From assembly GCF_006345805.1 (NCBI RefSeq), contig NC_043014.1, positions 41,788,001-41,852,000 on the forward strand: DNA of 64,000 nt, written 5' to 3'. A program made the position numbers and the translations under genes. Positions within the stretch are counted from its first letter, which is position 1. Each line of letters opens with the position of its first letter. This document shows, one piece after another, positions 27,490 to 39,480 of the stretch. Origin of the DNA: Octopus sinensis (taxonomy: Eukaryota). The notes below the pieces were generated by a model that did not search any database, was not told where the DNA came from, and worked only from the letters and a program-made list of their open reading frames with translations.

Positions 27490-27760
27490 AAGCATCAACT
27501 ATATTTGAAGAAAATGTAAAATCAAGATAGCTGCCCGACAGCTCCACTTCATTAAAACATGCATCTCCTTCAAGCTATACACAAAATCTATCAATTCATC
27601 TGCCAAGCGGTTAGGACTCACAGAACATCAAGAAAGAAAACTAAAACATCAAAAAGAAAATATACACAGAAATCAACCAATACCAAAAACGAAAGATAGT
27701 CCTGCTGCATGAACTGAAAAACACCACTACTCCACACGAAAGAGACGCATTCATGACAAA
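27490..27760 (+). pseudogene. Possible Penelope ORF N-terminal relic
   Basis: RKCKIKIAARQLHFIKTCISFKLYTK weakly resembles PLE N-terminal H-L-x-F-x-x-x-C motifs. Confidence 0.3.
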
Positions 27761-27775
27761 CATCCAACAAGAATA

Positions 27776-28378
27776 CCTATTTCTTTATTACCCACAAGGG
27801 GCTAAACATAGAGGGGACAAACAAAGACAGACATAGGTATTAAGTCGATTACATCGACCTCAGTGCGTAACTGGTACTTTATTTATCGACCCCGAAAGGA
27901 TGAAAGGTAAAGTCGACCTCGGCGGAATTTGAACTCACAACGTAACGGCAGACAAAATACCTATTTCTTTACTACCCACAAGGGGCTAAACATAGAGAGG
28001 ACAAACAAAGACAGACATAGGTATTAAGTCGATTAGATCGACCCCAGTGCGTAACTGGTACTTAATTTATCGACCCCGAAAGGATGAAAGGTAAAGTCGA
28101 CTTTGGCGGAATTTGAACTCACAACGTAACGGTAGACAAAATACCTATTTCTTTATTACCCACAAGGGGCTAAACATAGAGGGGACAAACAAGGACAGAC
28201 ATAGGTATTAAGTCGATTACATCGACCCCAGTGCGTAACTGGTACTTAATTTATCGACCCCGAAAGGATGAAAGGTAAAGTCGACCTCGGCGGAATTTGA
28301 ACTCAGAACGTAACGGCAGACAAAATACCGCTAAGCATTTCGGCCGGCGTGCTAACGGTTCTGCCAGCTCGTCGCCGC
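27776..28378 (-). mobile_element. SINE B tandem array, 3 x 184 bp plus one head
   Basis: cctatttcttt units start at 27776, 27960 and 28144; single head ending ~28378. Confidence 0.95.
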
Positions 28379-29295
28379 CGAGTTAACCATGCCTGTAAAA
28401 ATAAGAAAAAGGTGGAAATTTTACCAGTGAGTGTGTTATGTTATATAAGGCACAAAAAGAAAACGACTCTCCCCAAATTCTGTTGTCATTCTTTAATTTA
28501 ATTCCTGTCAACTTTTTCTTGGATTTCCCACCGCCGACGGCAATTTCATTGTAAGAAGAGACGGCGGGGGAATGAGTAATTTCTGATTTCTTGTGATTTT
28601 CTCCCCTACGTGTTTGAAGCCATTACATTACAAGTAATCCATCATCATTTTGTACGGTTTCATCGTCTTTAGGAGTGAAAAATTGATCAGCATGGTTGTT
28701 GTTGAACATTCGAGAGTTTGAAACACTGGCAAGTGACTGGTCCTTTTTTCAGGGAATTTTTTCCTCAACTTTGACATGATTCTAATTAAGGTTGCTAATG
28801 AAACATTTGGATAATCTTTTCTTGTGTGTTTATCAATAACAGTTCTTTTCTAGCTTGGATTCCAAGTCAATTTTTCCCCACACTAATGTCTAATTTGATA
28901 GTTTTCAATCTTCAAAAATAATATATATATATATATATATCAGAGTTGGGGCAAAATGAGTAATGCCTTATTTCCGTAATTTCTTCTCTTTAATTGCATG
29001 GTTTGTAAAATATCCAGAACATAGCTACTCCAGCAGAACGTGTAGACGCTATAGAGAATATTTTATCTTGGGTACTTAGATTTAGTCAAGTTTCGTTAAT
29101 TTCATATCAAGTGCAATTTTGCCATATTCCTCTTTCATTTGACCTAAATATTTTTGATTTTTGCTGCATTCATGATCTTTTCGATATCGAAAGACGGATA
29201 CATATGTGTAGGAATTTTTCTTCAAATGTAATTATAGAGAAATGAGGAAACAAATGTCATCCTATTTCATCTTAATCATTTTGTCCCACCTATTT

Positions 29296-29525
29296 TTCTT
29301 AATATAGAGGGGACAAATAAGAACAGACAAAGGGATTAAATCGATTACATCGACCCCAGTGCATAACTGGTTCTTGTATTTGTCGACCCTGAAAGGATGA
29401 AAAGCAAAGTCGACCTCGGCGGAATTTGAACTCAGAACGTAGCGGCAGCTGGGGAACACATACGCCATTGAAACCGGGAAACCGGGCCCATGAGCCTGGC
29501 TAGGCTTTAAAAAGGCGCATTTATT
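29296..29525. mobile_element. SINE B body (-) fused to SINE C tail (+)
   Basis: ...ctcagaacgtagcggcag then ctggggaacacatacgcc...ctaggctttaaaaaggcgcatttatt. Confidence 0.8.
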
Positions 29526-29621
29526 ATACAAAAATGAACATCATTTTCTATTCTACTGTTAGTTGTGTTTCATTTTGAAAAAAAAATTAATTAATGGTTT
29601 ATTGTTGTTAATATTTTGAAT

Positions 29622-29910
29622 TACATGTAAATGGTTTCCAAAAAGTCTCTCCGCAGTGAATTTTTTTTCATCCTGACTCTCCAAGAGTCAGACACTCCAA
29701 GAGTCAGACACTCCAAGATGTATTTCAAAACATGTGTAGAAGAGTCAACTTATGTATTGAAAATGAAGGACGACACTTTCAACACCTCTTAAAAAAATTT
29801 TTAAAGTCTCTTAAAGTCTAATATATACTTTTGTAGTGTTATACCATCTTATAAATATTTATTTTGCAATAAAATACTTACTGCGGAGAGACTTTTTGAA
29901 CACCCTGTAT
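29622..29910. mobile_element. Tc1/mariner-type MITE
   Basis: Left end caaaaagtctctccgcagt versus right end actgcggagagactttttgaacaccctgta. Confidence 0.7.
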
Positions 29911-30229
29911 ATACAGGTGCCCCGAAACCTCTGAAGTGCTTAGGGCCTCTATGGGTCCTAATCCTTCCCGGGACGACTCATATTTATTTTGCAATAAAAT
30001 GCTTATTGCGGAGAGACTTTTTGAACACCCTGTATATACAGGTGCACCGAAACCTCTGAAGTGCTTAGGGCCTCTATGGGTCCTAATCCGTCCCGGGACG
30101 ACTCATATTTATTTTGCAATAAAATGCTTATTGCGGAGAGACTTTTTGAACACCCTGTATATACAGGTGCACCGAAACCTCTGAAGTGCTTAGGGCCTCT
30201 ATGGGTCTTAATCCGTCCCGGGACGACTC
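29855..30229. repeat. Tandem repeat, 3 x 125 bp
   Basis: Units start at 29855, 29980 and 30105 and are nearly identical. Confidence 0.97.
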
Positions 30230-30651
30230 CATGCTTTCTTAAAACATTAAGTGTGAGTTAATGGAGATTTAGCTACCATTTTTCAGGGCAGGTGATAATG
30301 TAGATGTGCTAGTGTTTAGATCTTGCTTTTGTGATTGTTCTTCATATTAATGTTAAAATTTATGTTATTGTTGGTGATGTTGAATATGCTAGTGAGGTTC
30401 CTTAGTTTGACTGTTGCTGTCTTCTTATTTTTCTTCTTCTTTTTTTTAATCAGGACTCACGCCATTAGCCACAATGTATAATCTCTAATTCGAGCCTACT
30501 CTAAGCTACTAAGAGTGCGTGTGGCAACTTGAAGATCCACCCAACACACGCGATAGACTGACGGTTGCACGAGCGCGAAAGCTACGTTATTATCCTCATT
30601 CTGTAAACGGTGGCTTTTAACGGGTGGAGAGCTGAACCATCCTGGGGTACA

Positions 30652-31500
30652 GAGGATTCGCAATCTAGACTAGGGTCTGAAAGTTTACCACACCATAGTG
30701 GGTTACACCATGGTTCCTCTGCTTTGTGACAGAAGTAGGAAGAAAGAGTGAGAGAAAGTTGTGGTGAAAGAGTACAGCGAAGTCAACCCCCACCCGCCGG
30801 AGCCACATAGAGCTTAGGTGTCTTTTCCTCAATAAACACTCACAATGCCCGGTCTGGGAATCGAAACCGCGTTCTTACGACCGCGAGTCCGCTGCGCTAA
30901 CCACTGGGCCATTACGCCACCACTGTAGTTGTTGTTGCCGCCTCCGCCGTGTGTGTGAGGATTCGTAATCTAGACTAGGGTCCGAAAGTTTACCACACCA
31001 TTGTGGGTTACACCATGGTTCCTCTGCTTCGTGGCAGATGTAGGAAGAAGGAGTGAGAGAAAGTTGTGGTGAAAGAGTACAGCAAAGTCGACATCCACCC
31101 GCCGGAGCCTCATGGAGCTTTGGTATCTTTTCCTCAATAAACACTCACAATGCCCGGTCTGGGAATCGAAACTGCGTTCTTACGACCTATTTCTTTACTA
31201 CCCACAAGGGGCTAAACACAGAGGGGACAAACAAGGACAGACAAACGGATTAAGTCGATTACATTGACCCCAGTGCGTAACCGGTATTTAATTTATCGAC
31301 CCCGAAAGGATGAAAGGCAAAGTCGACCTCGGCGGAATTTGAACTCAGAACGTAGCGTCAGACGAAATACGGCCACGCATTTCGCCCAGCGTGCTAACGT
31401 TTCTGCCAGCTCGCCACCTTAGTTCATACGACCGTGATGTCCGCTTCCCTAACCACCGGGCCATTGCGCCTCCGCAATTGTTGCCGTTGTTACATTCGCC
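30652..31500 (-). mobile_element. Two tandem 305-bp units, each a SINE-D head with an atypical tail; the second is interrupted by SINE B (31188-31421)
   Basis: gaggattcg.aatctagactagggt at 30652 and 30957; the B insertion is flanked by gttc(t/a)tacgacc at 31176-31187 and 31422-31433. Confidence 0.85.
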
Positions 31501-31886
31501 GCCGACGTCGTTGTTGGGTTATCGTTTTGTCTCGGTTGTTGTCGAAGTTTACTATTTGTGGTTGATGATGTTGCTTTTGAATGTCTTGGGGGATATTTCT
31601 GTCTGTGCTGCGGTTAATGTTGTTGTTCTTATTGGTGTTGTCGTTGTTGTTGTCAGCGATGACTTTCAAGAAAGACGATAAATCTGATAATATATAACAG
31701 TATATAACAGCTCAAACTTGGCTTCGGACAGATAAGTAGGGTAAAGACTAGCCACAAGATTAAGCCTTAAGGAGAGACAAAGAGAGACAAAGAGAAAGAG
31801 AGAGAGAGAGGGGGGGCAGAACATCAGGGTGGTCCGTTGATAGAAAGAGGTTCTTAGTAAATAATCAGGACGTGTGGACAGGAGGA

Positions 31887-31922
<36 letters not shown>

Positions 31923-31963
31923 CGTGTGTGTGTGTGTGTGTGTGTGTACATGTAAGTATGTAT

Positions 31964-31996
<33 letters not shown>

Positions 31997-32879
31997 AATA
32001 TACATACATATATATATATATATAGCCATACATATACATACACAAACATATATATATATATATATATGGGTGTTTGAGTGTGGTTATGTGTATACACACA
32101 TAGATATATACATATGCATATATATATATGTATAGATATAGATACATATATATATATATACGTACATATACATACATATACATACGTACATATATATATA
32201 TATATACATACACAAACACACATATATATGGGTGTTTGAGTGTGGTTGTGTTTATACACACATAGATATATACATATGCATATATATATATATGTATGTA
32301 TAGATATAGATACATATATACATACATATACATACATATACATACATACATATACATATGTACGTACATAAATATATATATACATACATGCACGCACGCA
32401 CACACATACATATATGGATGTTTGTGTGTGTTTGCGTGTGCTTGTGTGTGTGTGTGTGTGTGGTGTGTGTGTGTGTGTGTGTGTGTTGTGTGTGTTTGTG
32501 TGTGTGTGTGTGTGTGTAACACAGAGAAAGATTGAATGAGCAAGGTGAAATGATACAGCTTCACAGAAACTATTTATCCAATGCAGCAGCGTGGGTTTAG
32601 AGATAATGCTCGTGACGCCGTCAATCGTGGTGACAGGATTAGCGATGATGATGATGATGATGAAGATGATGATGATGACAGACGATATAGCCGTGGTTAT
32701 GATGGGTGGGTGGAACTATTAATCACGGGGTGGTGGAGGTCTCATGTAGAATAAGTGTGTGGGATGGTTCCAGCGATATCGTAGGTAGAAGAGTCTAGTC
32801 AAAAGTACTTACATCCAGTTTAGATTCGTTCCTAGAGTTCAACAAGGACACTTTAATTTCGGTAAAAATAAATTCTATC

Positions 32880-33075
32880 TATGGTAGGCGCAGGCATGGT
32901 TGTTTGGTTTAAAGAATTCGTTTCGCAATCTTGTGGTTCCAGGTTCAGTTTCACGGCGAGGCGCAATGAGTTGGTGTCTTCCAATTTTATGTTTCTTTAG
33001 CGGTGTCCGGTCTTTTGTAAATATTCCGACTAGATATCCAGTGTGAAGATTTCTCTCTCCGTTCTCATCACCATT
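32880..33075 (+). mobile_element. SINE with A-like head and unique body (second copy 34113-34282)
   Basis: ggcgcaggcatggttgtttggtt...ggttccaggttcag head; body ggtgtcc...gtaaatattcc...ccagtgtgaagatt is shared with 34113-34282. Confidence 0.6.
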
Positions 33076-33136
33076 CTCGTTGGCTTTGTCTATCTGTCTG
33101 TCCATCTGTCTATCTGTCTATTTATCTCTGTGTCTC

Positions 33137-33167
<31 letters not shown>

Positions 33168-33354
33168 GTGCTTATTTATCTCTCTCTAACTGTTTGTCTA
33201 TCTCTCTATCGGTTTGTCTATCTGTCTGTCTATTTATCTCTCTCGTTCTGTCTGTCTGTCTATTTATTCATCACTATATCTAACTACGTATGTATTTAGC
33301 TATCTATCTATCTATCTGTCTGTCTATTCATCCTTCTCTATCTGTTTGTGTGTC

Positions 33355-33411
<57 letters not shown>

Positions 33412-33470
33412 ATCTATCTACACACACATCCACATACACATATACACTGGTAAAAAAGAACATGAACATG

Positions 33471-33894
33471 GTACTCTTTTTTCTTTTGCATCTGTTACAC
33501 ATATTTCTGTATTCGGTAACACATGATGTCACTGTTATTTATGACAACCCTAACCCTAAAACTCTAACCCTAACCCTAAAACCTTACAGCTAAAACCACT
33601 ACAAACGCACGAACGATGACAAAGAACAGTGACAAACGAAAAATACACCGCCGATAGTTGTTGTTGAGAAACAACGGCAGTAATTTTATTCAACTGAATA
33701 CATGTCATTGATTGGTTGAAATTACCGAAATACGACAACTTTAACGTGAAATAACTTCCTAAATATAAGCTTTTCTCAAAAACGCTAAGAGTAAAAGATG
33801 TTTTTACGACACATTCTACCAGTGTCCGAAATTTGAAAGTGTTTACTTACAAAAAATTATTTTTTAGATCTGTCGATCAAAAGGTAGAGATCCT
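33471..33894. mobile_element. MITE family M with (TAACCC)n tract, degenerate ends
   Basis: cattgattggttgaaatt and aaagatgtttt...acattctaccagt core shared with the 8184 and 51263 copies; aaccctaaccct tract at ~33546-33580. Confidence 0.75.
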
Positions 33895-34294
33895 AGCAGC
33901 ATATTACAGTTATTTCTATTTAAAAAAGATGTTTCCTCGCCTACTACACTTTTGCATCAAATGTTATAAATGTCTAGATTTGCCACACCGGTTCTCTATC
34001 TCTGACCCATATTGCCTCTGAATTTTTGATTAATAGTATAGCCATAAGGTTATATTATTTATAACAATAAAGTTATGAATGGTATAGTCTTATGGCTATA
34101 CTATTTATAGCCTTTGGTTACGGAGTTCCTTTCGCAATTGTGTGGTTTCAGGTTCATTTCCACGGTGAGGCATAATTATTTGGTGTTTCCCACTTTGTGT
34201 GCCTTTAGTGGTGTCCGATCTGTTGTAAATATTCCGGCTGAATTTCCAGTGTGAAGATTCCTGTTTCCAAATTCAACACCATAGCCATAAAGGT

Positions 34295-34600
34295 TGTGAC
34301 ACCATTTCCAGTGGCAACTTAATGTGTTCAGCTACCAGCCTAGCTCCGCTGCTCGTCAGGCTGAGAAAAGCGAACTATGAAAGTATCGGTCGCTCGCTTA
34401 TAGGTCTATGGTTGAGCCTGTAGAAGTGGAGACCGCCGGCGCTCTCGGCCCACAGGCCATATCCATCCTCAATACTAATGGGGCAGAGATGGCTATCCAT
34501 AAGTACTAGCCCAGTGAATCAGAGTGGTTGTTCCAGCGCATCTCCCTCACGATCCTCCGGGGCAATGCCGTTTCCATTTTGTCTGCTGGGATGATGAGGT
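34295..34600 (+). pseudogene. CRE-clade non-LTR retrotransposon restriction-like endonuclease C-terminus
   Basis: AARQAEKSEL*KYRSL...EPVEVETAGALGPQA...WLFQRISLTILRGNAVSIL matches the CRE-type pattern AAxxAExxKxxKY...PxAVETxGxxG...FQRISxAIxRGNAxSIL; two stops. Confidence 0.85.
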
Positions 34601-34873
34601 GGTCTGAATCAAAGGAAATCGAGAGAATGCGAGAATTTCTTTGTTTACTACACGAATAATATGTTTATTCATCTAGTTATGAGTAGGTCCCACAAGAATA
34701 ACGATGGACATAGTAGACAAATTTCATAAATGAACAAATATACAATAGCCATAATTTTAACACATGATTTCTGGATCACGTCAATACACACACAAACACA
34801 CACTCATACATACACACACTGTAAAAATAAATATAGCATATGTATACCTACACGTCAAAGGTATGTGTGTGCA

Positions 34874-34904
<31 letters not shown>

Positions 34905-35068
34905 TGAAGTATATTTGTCACTTAAATGTGGCTAACACTTAAGAGTGGATGATACTGTAGCTTGTAGCCCCAGGTAGATCTCCACCAGCTGGCTATTGAC
35001 ACACTTTCTATGCCCTTACAGTATTTGCAAAGGGAAGTTATCCTTTCCATCTTCAACCTGACGTGATA

Positions 35069-35113
35069 CACACGGACCCGGGTTTCTGTGTACTGACCTG
35101 TCATCAGCGTGTG
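35069..35113 (-). ncRNA. Type I hammerhead ribozyme motif with weak helix II
   Basis: Minus strand: cacacg CTGATGA caggtcagtacaca GAAAC ccgg GTC cgtgtg; 6-bp helix I, palindromic helix III ACCCGGGT, GUC site. Confidence 0.65.
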
Positions 35114-35155
35114 ACAATCACCGGTTGTCAATGTGTGTCGATATATACATGTGTT

Positions 35156-35227
<72 letters not shown>

Positions 35228-35760
35228 TGTATGTATGTATGTATGTATGTATGTATATATTGACCAAAGCTGCATTCACTGCTGCAGAGTTGTTTTGATA
35301 TACTACACGTGGCTGAAAAGGGAGATGGGAATTCTACTTTGTTGTATATTTTTACAAGTGAATGTATATATTGCTGTACGAAGTCGCTGCTCGTATACAT
35401 ATGTGTAGATATCCATGAATTTATTTTACGGAATAACGTTGCTGAAGATAGCAGTAATAATAATTTTTTTACCTTAAGCTCGAAACGGGATCTTGTACAC
35501 GGTTAACCAAAAGTTTAATTCATTATCTTTCGTTTGCTCGACTACATCCCGAGTTTATTTTTCGGAGTTTTTAAGGTGGTATTAGCGTCTTTTGGTGTCT
35601 ATTTTCTAGCGCGTGGAGAGGCTTATAGCCATTCCCTTGTTATAATTATGTATATAATATAATATTTGTAAAATTCTCCTATAAGATTTTTATTTCCCCG
35701 CTGATCCATTGGTAAAATCATTAATGATTTTCACCCTTTATTATAATTAACATATATGTA

Positions 35761-36110
35761 GGCGCAGGAGTGGTTGTGAGGTAAGTAGCTTGCTTACCAA
35801 CCACATGGTTCCGGTTTTCAGTCCCCCTGCATGGCACCTTGGCAAGTGTCTTTTACTATAGCATCGGGGCGTCCAAAGCCTTGTGAGTGGATTTGGTAGA
35901 TGGAAACTGAAAGAAGCCCGTCGTATATATATATATATGTTGTGTGTCTGTCTTTGACAACCGATGCTGATGTGTTTACATCCTCGTCACTTAGCTGTTC
36001 GATAGAATAAGTACAAGGCTTACAACGAATAAGTCCTGGGATCGATTTGTTCGACTAAAGTGGGTGCTCCATGATGGCCGCAGTCAAATGACTGAAGCAA
36101 ATAAAAGAAT
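35761..36110 (+). mobile_element. SINE A with internal deletions
   Basis: ggcgcaggagtggttgtgaggtaagtagc head through cagtcaaatgactgaagc tail. Confidence 0.88.
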
Positions 36111-36147
36111 ATGTATATGTGTAAATATGTGTGGATATGTGTGTATT

Positions 36148-36187
<40 letters not shown>

Positions 36188-36216
36188 CGAGAAAGAAGCA
36201 ACAAGAATGGATAGGT

Positions 36217-36307
36217 TTTTAGTACGATCGTTTCATACAAGGACAGGTTTTATTAAAAGTTGCAAAGATTACAGCATATAAACGAGTCCCGTACTCATCA
36301 GCTAAAA
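36217..36307 (-). ncRNA. Type I hammerhead ribozyme (left arm of palindrome)
   Basis: Exact mirror of 36480-36570. Confidence 0.8.
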
Positions 36308-36479
36308 TACATGTAAGTTCTCTAGACATCCTAGTGTTTGAGGCTATACTCATGAAGTAATGTAGATAATTAAACAGATTTCTAAAGAACTTTAATGAAC
36401 TTTAGAAATCTGTTTAATTATCTACATTACTTCATGAGTATAGCCTCAAACACTAGGATGTCTAGAGAACTTACATGTA

Positions 36480-36570
36480 TTTTAGCTGATGAGTACGGGA
36501 CTCGTTTATATGCTGTAATCTTTGCAACTTTTAATAAAACCTGTCCTTGTATGAAACGATCGTACTAAAA
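36480..36570 (+). ncRNA. Type I hammerhead ribozyme (right arm of palindrome)
   Basis: ttttag CTGATGA gtacggg...ccttgtat GAAAC gatc GTA ctaaaa; 6-bp helix I, palindromic helix III ACGATCGT, predicted cut after A36564, AATAAA in the helix II loop. Confidence 0.82.
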
Positions 36571-36599
36571 ACCTATCCATTCTTGTTGCTTCTTTCTCG

Positions 36600-36659
<60 letters not shown>

Positions 36660-36869
36660 TAGAGACAGACAGACAGATAGACAGACAGACAGATGTAGGA
36701 GTCCTGCCAACAAAGTAGCCACTATATGTTAGTAATTTCTTCTGAAAGAAAGTTTTATTATTCTTAATGGTTATCTAGATTGCCCGAAGTTATGTTTGCG
36801 CAGGTGATGATGAAAACGTGAAATCTTGAAATACTTATTTATACATGCCAATCCGCACAAACACCTACA

Positions 36870-36953
<84 letters not shown>

Positions 36954-37973
36954 ATACTTATATATATATATATATGTATGTATATACTTATATATATATA
37001 TATATATGTATATACTTATATATATATTTATATACATATATGTATATATTACTGTTATGTAAATTCTTACATATATCGATGTATATTTATATAAGTATAT
37101 ATTTGCATTAACATCCATAAATATTTGTGTATATGAATATATATACTTTTTAATCAGATATATAAATATAAGAGCCAATCCGAGACACCCGTTTAAATTC
37201 ATATCCTTCGTCGGTACATAAATATATCTGGAATATTGAAAATGCTCGCAGATTTTGTAAATAGTCTGAAAAATTTTTTTAGCCCTTCTTGCATACCTTT
37301 TACATCATGTTGAACTGTACAAAATATATTCCGCCCAACAGGTGCATAGAAGCACATCTGTTAAGATTCGTGCAAGTTTTCCCCCTCAATGTATGTATAT
37401 TACATAAAGGACGTCATGCAGTATGTATGTTTCACACATTGATGACTTTAACATGAATGGTCGTGTTATTGTTGTGGATTACTGCGCTGTTGTCAGAGTT
37501 ATTTATTAGTTATAAGAAGTTGTCCAAGTTTCTTCCTTTCATTTTTTTTTGCTTTTGTTTTAATTGAGAAGAGAAGGCGAAGTGTGTCAGTGGTGTATAT
37601 AAATATATCAGGTGTTCCGTTTAATGATACATCAAGAAAGTTATTCATCTTCATAATTTCTTATTTGGTACTTTTGAACACTTTATATTTTCATTGCACA
37701 TTTCATACAGTTTATAGAGAATCATGCAGCGCTGTTGTCGGTTTGTGTTGCTTTTCTGGATTTCTCATTGAAAAATTACGACAGACTCAATTAAAATATT
37801 ACTCTTTTCTCCTCTACCATTCGTATTTATTTAATATTCCGAGTAAATATATACTTTATAGCTACAGCTATTTCATCTATATTCAATGTCTTTGTAGAAG
37901 GAGCGACAACACAGTTCTAATTTTCCCGCTTAAATATTTTCCTCTTCCTATTGGTGTTGGCTCCTAACAAGAT

Positions 37974-38190
37974 TACGACGAGTTGCTAGAAAGTTCATGG
38001 GTTTGGGTAAAAGAAAATACAGGAGAATTAGTTAATTATGATTTTACCCAACATATTCCCCCTTTAAATTCACATACGTATTGCAGTGGTCCTTCAGTTT
38101 TTTTAAAGCCCTGTAAAAAACTCGGAATGTTGGGCCCCCAAATAGGCCTTTTTGTGATATCCGAAAAGCCAGGAACATTCCAGCTCCCCT
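37974..38190 (-). mobile_element. Mariner 3'-terminal fragment
   Basis: tacgacgagttgctagaaagttcatgggtttgggtaaaagaaaatacagg, homologous to 25113 and 58010. Confidence 0.7.
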
Positions 38191-38254
38191 TCATATACTA
38201 TTCCTGGAAAACGCACAAAAAAATGTCCTACTTATGTTATTAATATGTAACCGC

Positions 38255-38468
38255 AGGAAGGGTTTGGCATAATCGTTAGTATGCCGGACAAAATGTTTAG
38301 TGGCATTTTGTCCGACTTTACGTTCTGAGTTTAAATTCTGCTGAGGTCGACTTTGCGTTTCATCCTTTCGAGATCGATAAAATAAGTACCAGTTGATAAC
38401 TGGGGTGGGGGATGTAATCAACTTATCTCCTACCCCGAAATTGCTGGTTGGTCCTGTGCCAAAAACTT
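38255..38468 (+). mobile_element. SINE B, diverged subfamily
   Basis: ggcataatcgttagtatgccggac...gaggtcgactttgcgtttcatcctttcg...aataagtaccag. Confidence 0.75.
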
Positions 38469-38889
38469 GGGCTGCTCTATTTAAACACACCTATACTCAA
38501 AGATGTTCCACTCATGGCCATTCCATCGTATTCCCAGGTACTGTACAATCAGGATCATAGCATCTAAAATGTCTTTTTTGTTTTAAGACGGTACGATGTA
38601 ATTTAGTGAATGGGGGTGTGGTCTGTCACTTACCCCGTTCGAACAATACAAAGATCTGGAACAGGTACTACCCAACATCCCACCCGACGCCCTAACAAGT
38701 CCGCCAATTCCTCACCCTTGACAGTTACATTGTTTTTTTATTGACAGTTACATTGTTTTTTTATTGACCTCGAACGGTGCCATTTGAACTCGGGGCGCAC
38801 AGTGTTGTAAAAAGTTCCACGAAGAATTTTATCCAACTTTCTTAACGGCTCTGATAATTCGTCGCCTGAAATATTAGCAGGGGTTGGGA

Positions 38890-39480
38890 TGGTAATGGTG
38901 GTGGAGTCAGGTGGTGGTGGAGTCAGATGGTGGTGGTGATGATGATGGTGGTGGTGTCGGTGGTGGTGGTGGTGGTAATGTTGTTGCTGGAGCTGATGGT
39001 AGGGAGGGTGGTGGTGGTGGTGGTGATGGTGGTGGTGATGGTGGTGGTGATGATGGCGGAAGTGGTGGTGGAGGTGGTGGTGACGGTGATGGTAGTGGCA
39101 GTGGTGGTAATGTTACTGGTGATGATGGTGGTGATAATGTTGTTGGTGGTGCTTGTGGTAAATGCGGTGGTGATGGTCGTGGTGGTGGTGGCGATGATGG
39201 TGGTGGTGATGGTGGCGGTGATGATGGTGGTGGTGTCGGTGGTGGTGGTGGTGGTAATGTTGTTGCTGGAGCTGATGGTAGGGAGGGTGGTGGTGGTGGT
39301 GGTGATGGTGGTGGTGATGATGGCGGAGGTGGTGGTGGAGGTGGTGGTGACGGTGATGGTAGTGGCAGTGGTGGTAATGTTACTGGTGATGATGGTGGTG
39401 ATAATGTTGTTGGTGGTGCTTGTGGTAAATGTGGTGGTGGTAGTGGTGGTGGTGGTGGTGTTGATGGTCGTGGTATGGGG
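38890..39480. repeat. (GGT/GAT)n low-complexity tract with an internal ~279-bp direct duplication
   Basis: gctggagctgatggtagggagg at 38986 and 39265; open Gly/Asp-rich frame 38911-39522. Confidence 0.9.

Larger units (their letters stand above)
36185..36602. mobile_element. Perfect palindrome (2 x 203 bp, 12-nt spacer) of a Penelope pseudo-LTR-like sequence within (TA)n
   Basis: 36185-36387 is the exact reverse complement of 36400-36602; spacer aactttaatgaa. The ORF track independently shows the identical peptide MYETIVLKTYPFLLLLSRL on both strands. Confidence 0.95.

Noticed and set aside
28640-29295. Possible degraded mariner/MITE
   Set aside because: Only a weak TIR-like match and no convincing transposase motif.
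32064-32290. Duplicated ~70-bp unit within the TA/CA tract (also 38718-38768 and 29688-29716)
   Set aside because: Ordinary slippage duplications in simple-repeat DNA.
33546-33580. Telomere or chromosome-fusion site (also 50700-50735 and 51540-51570)
   Set aside because: Only 3-5 imperfect units, always at the same position inside MITE family M.
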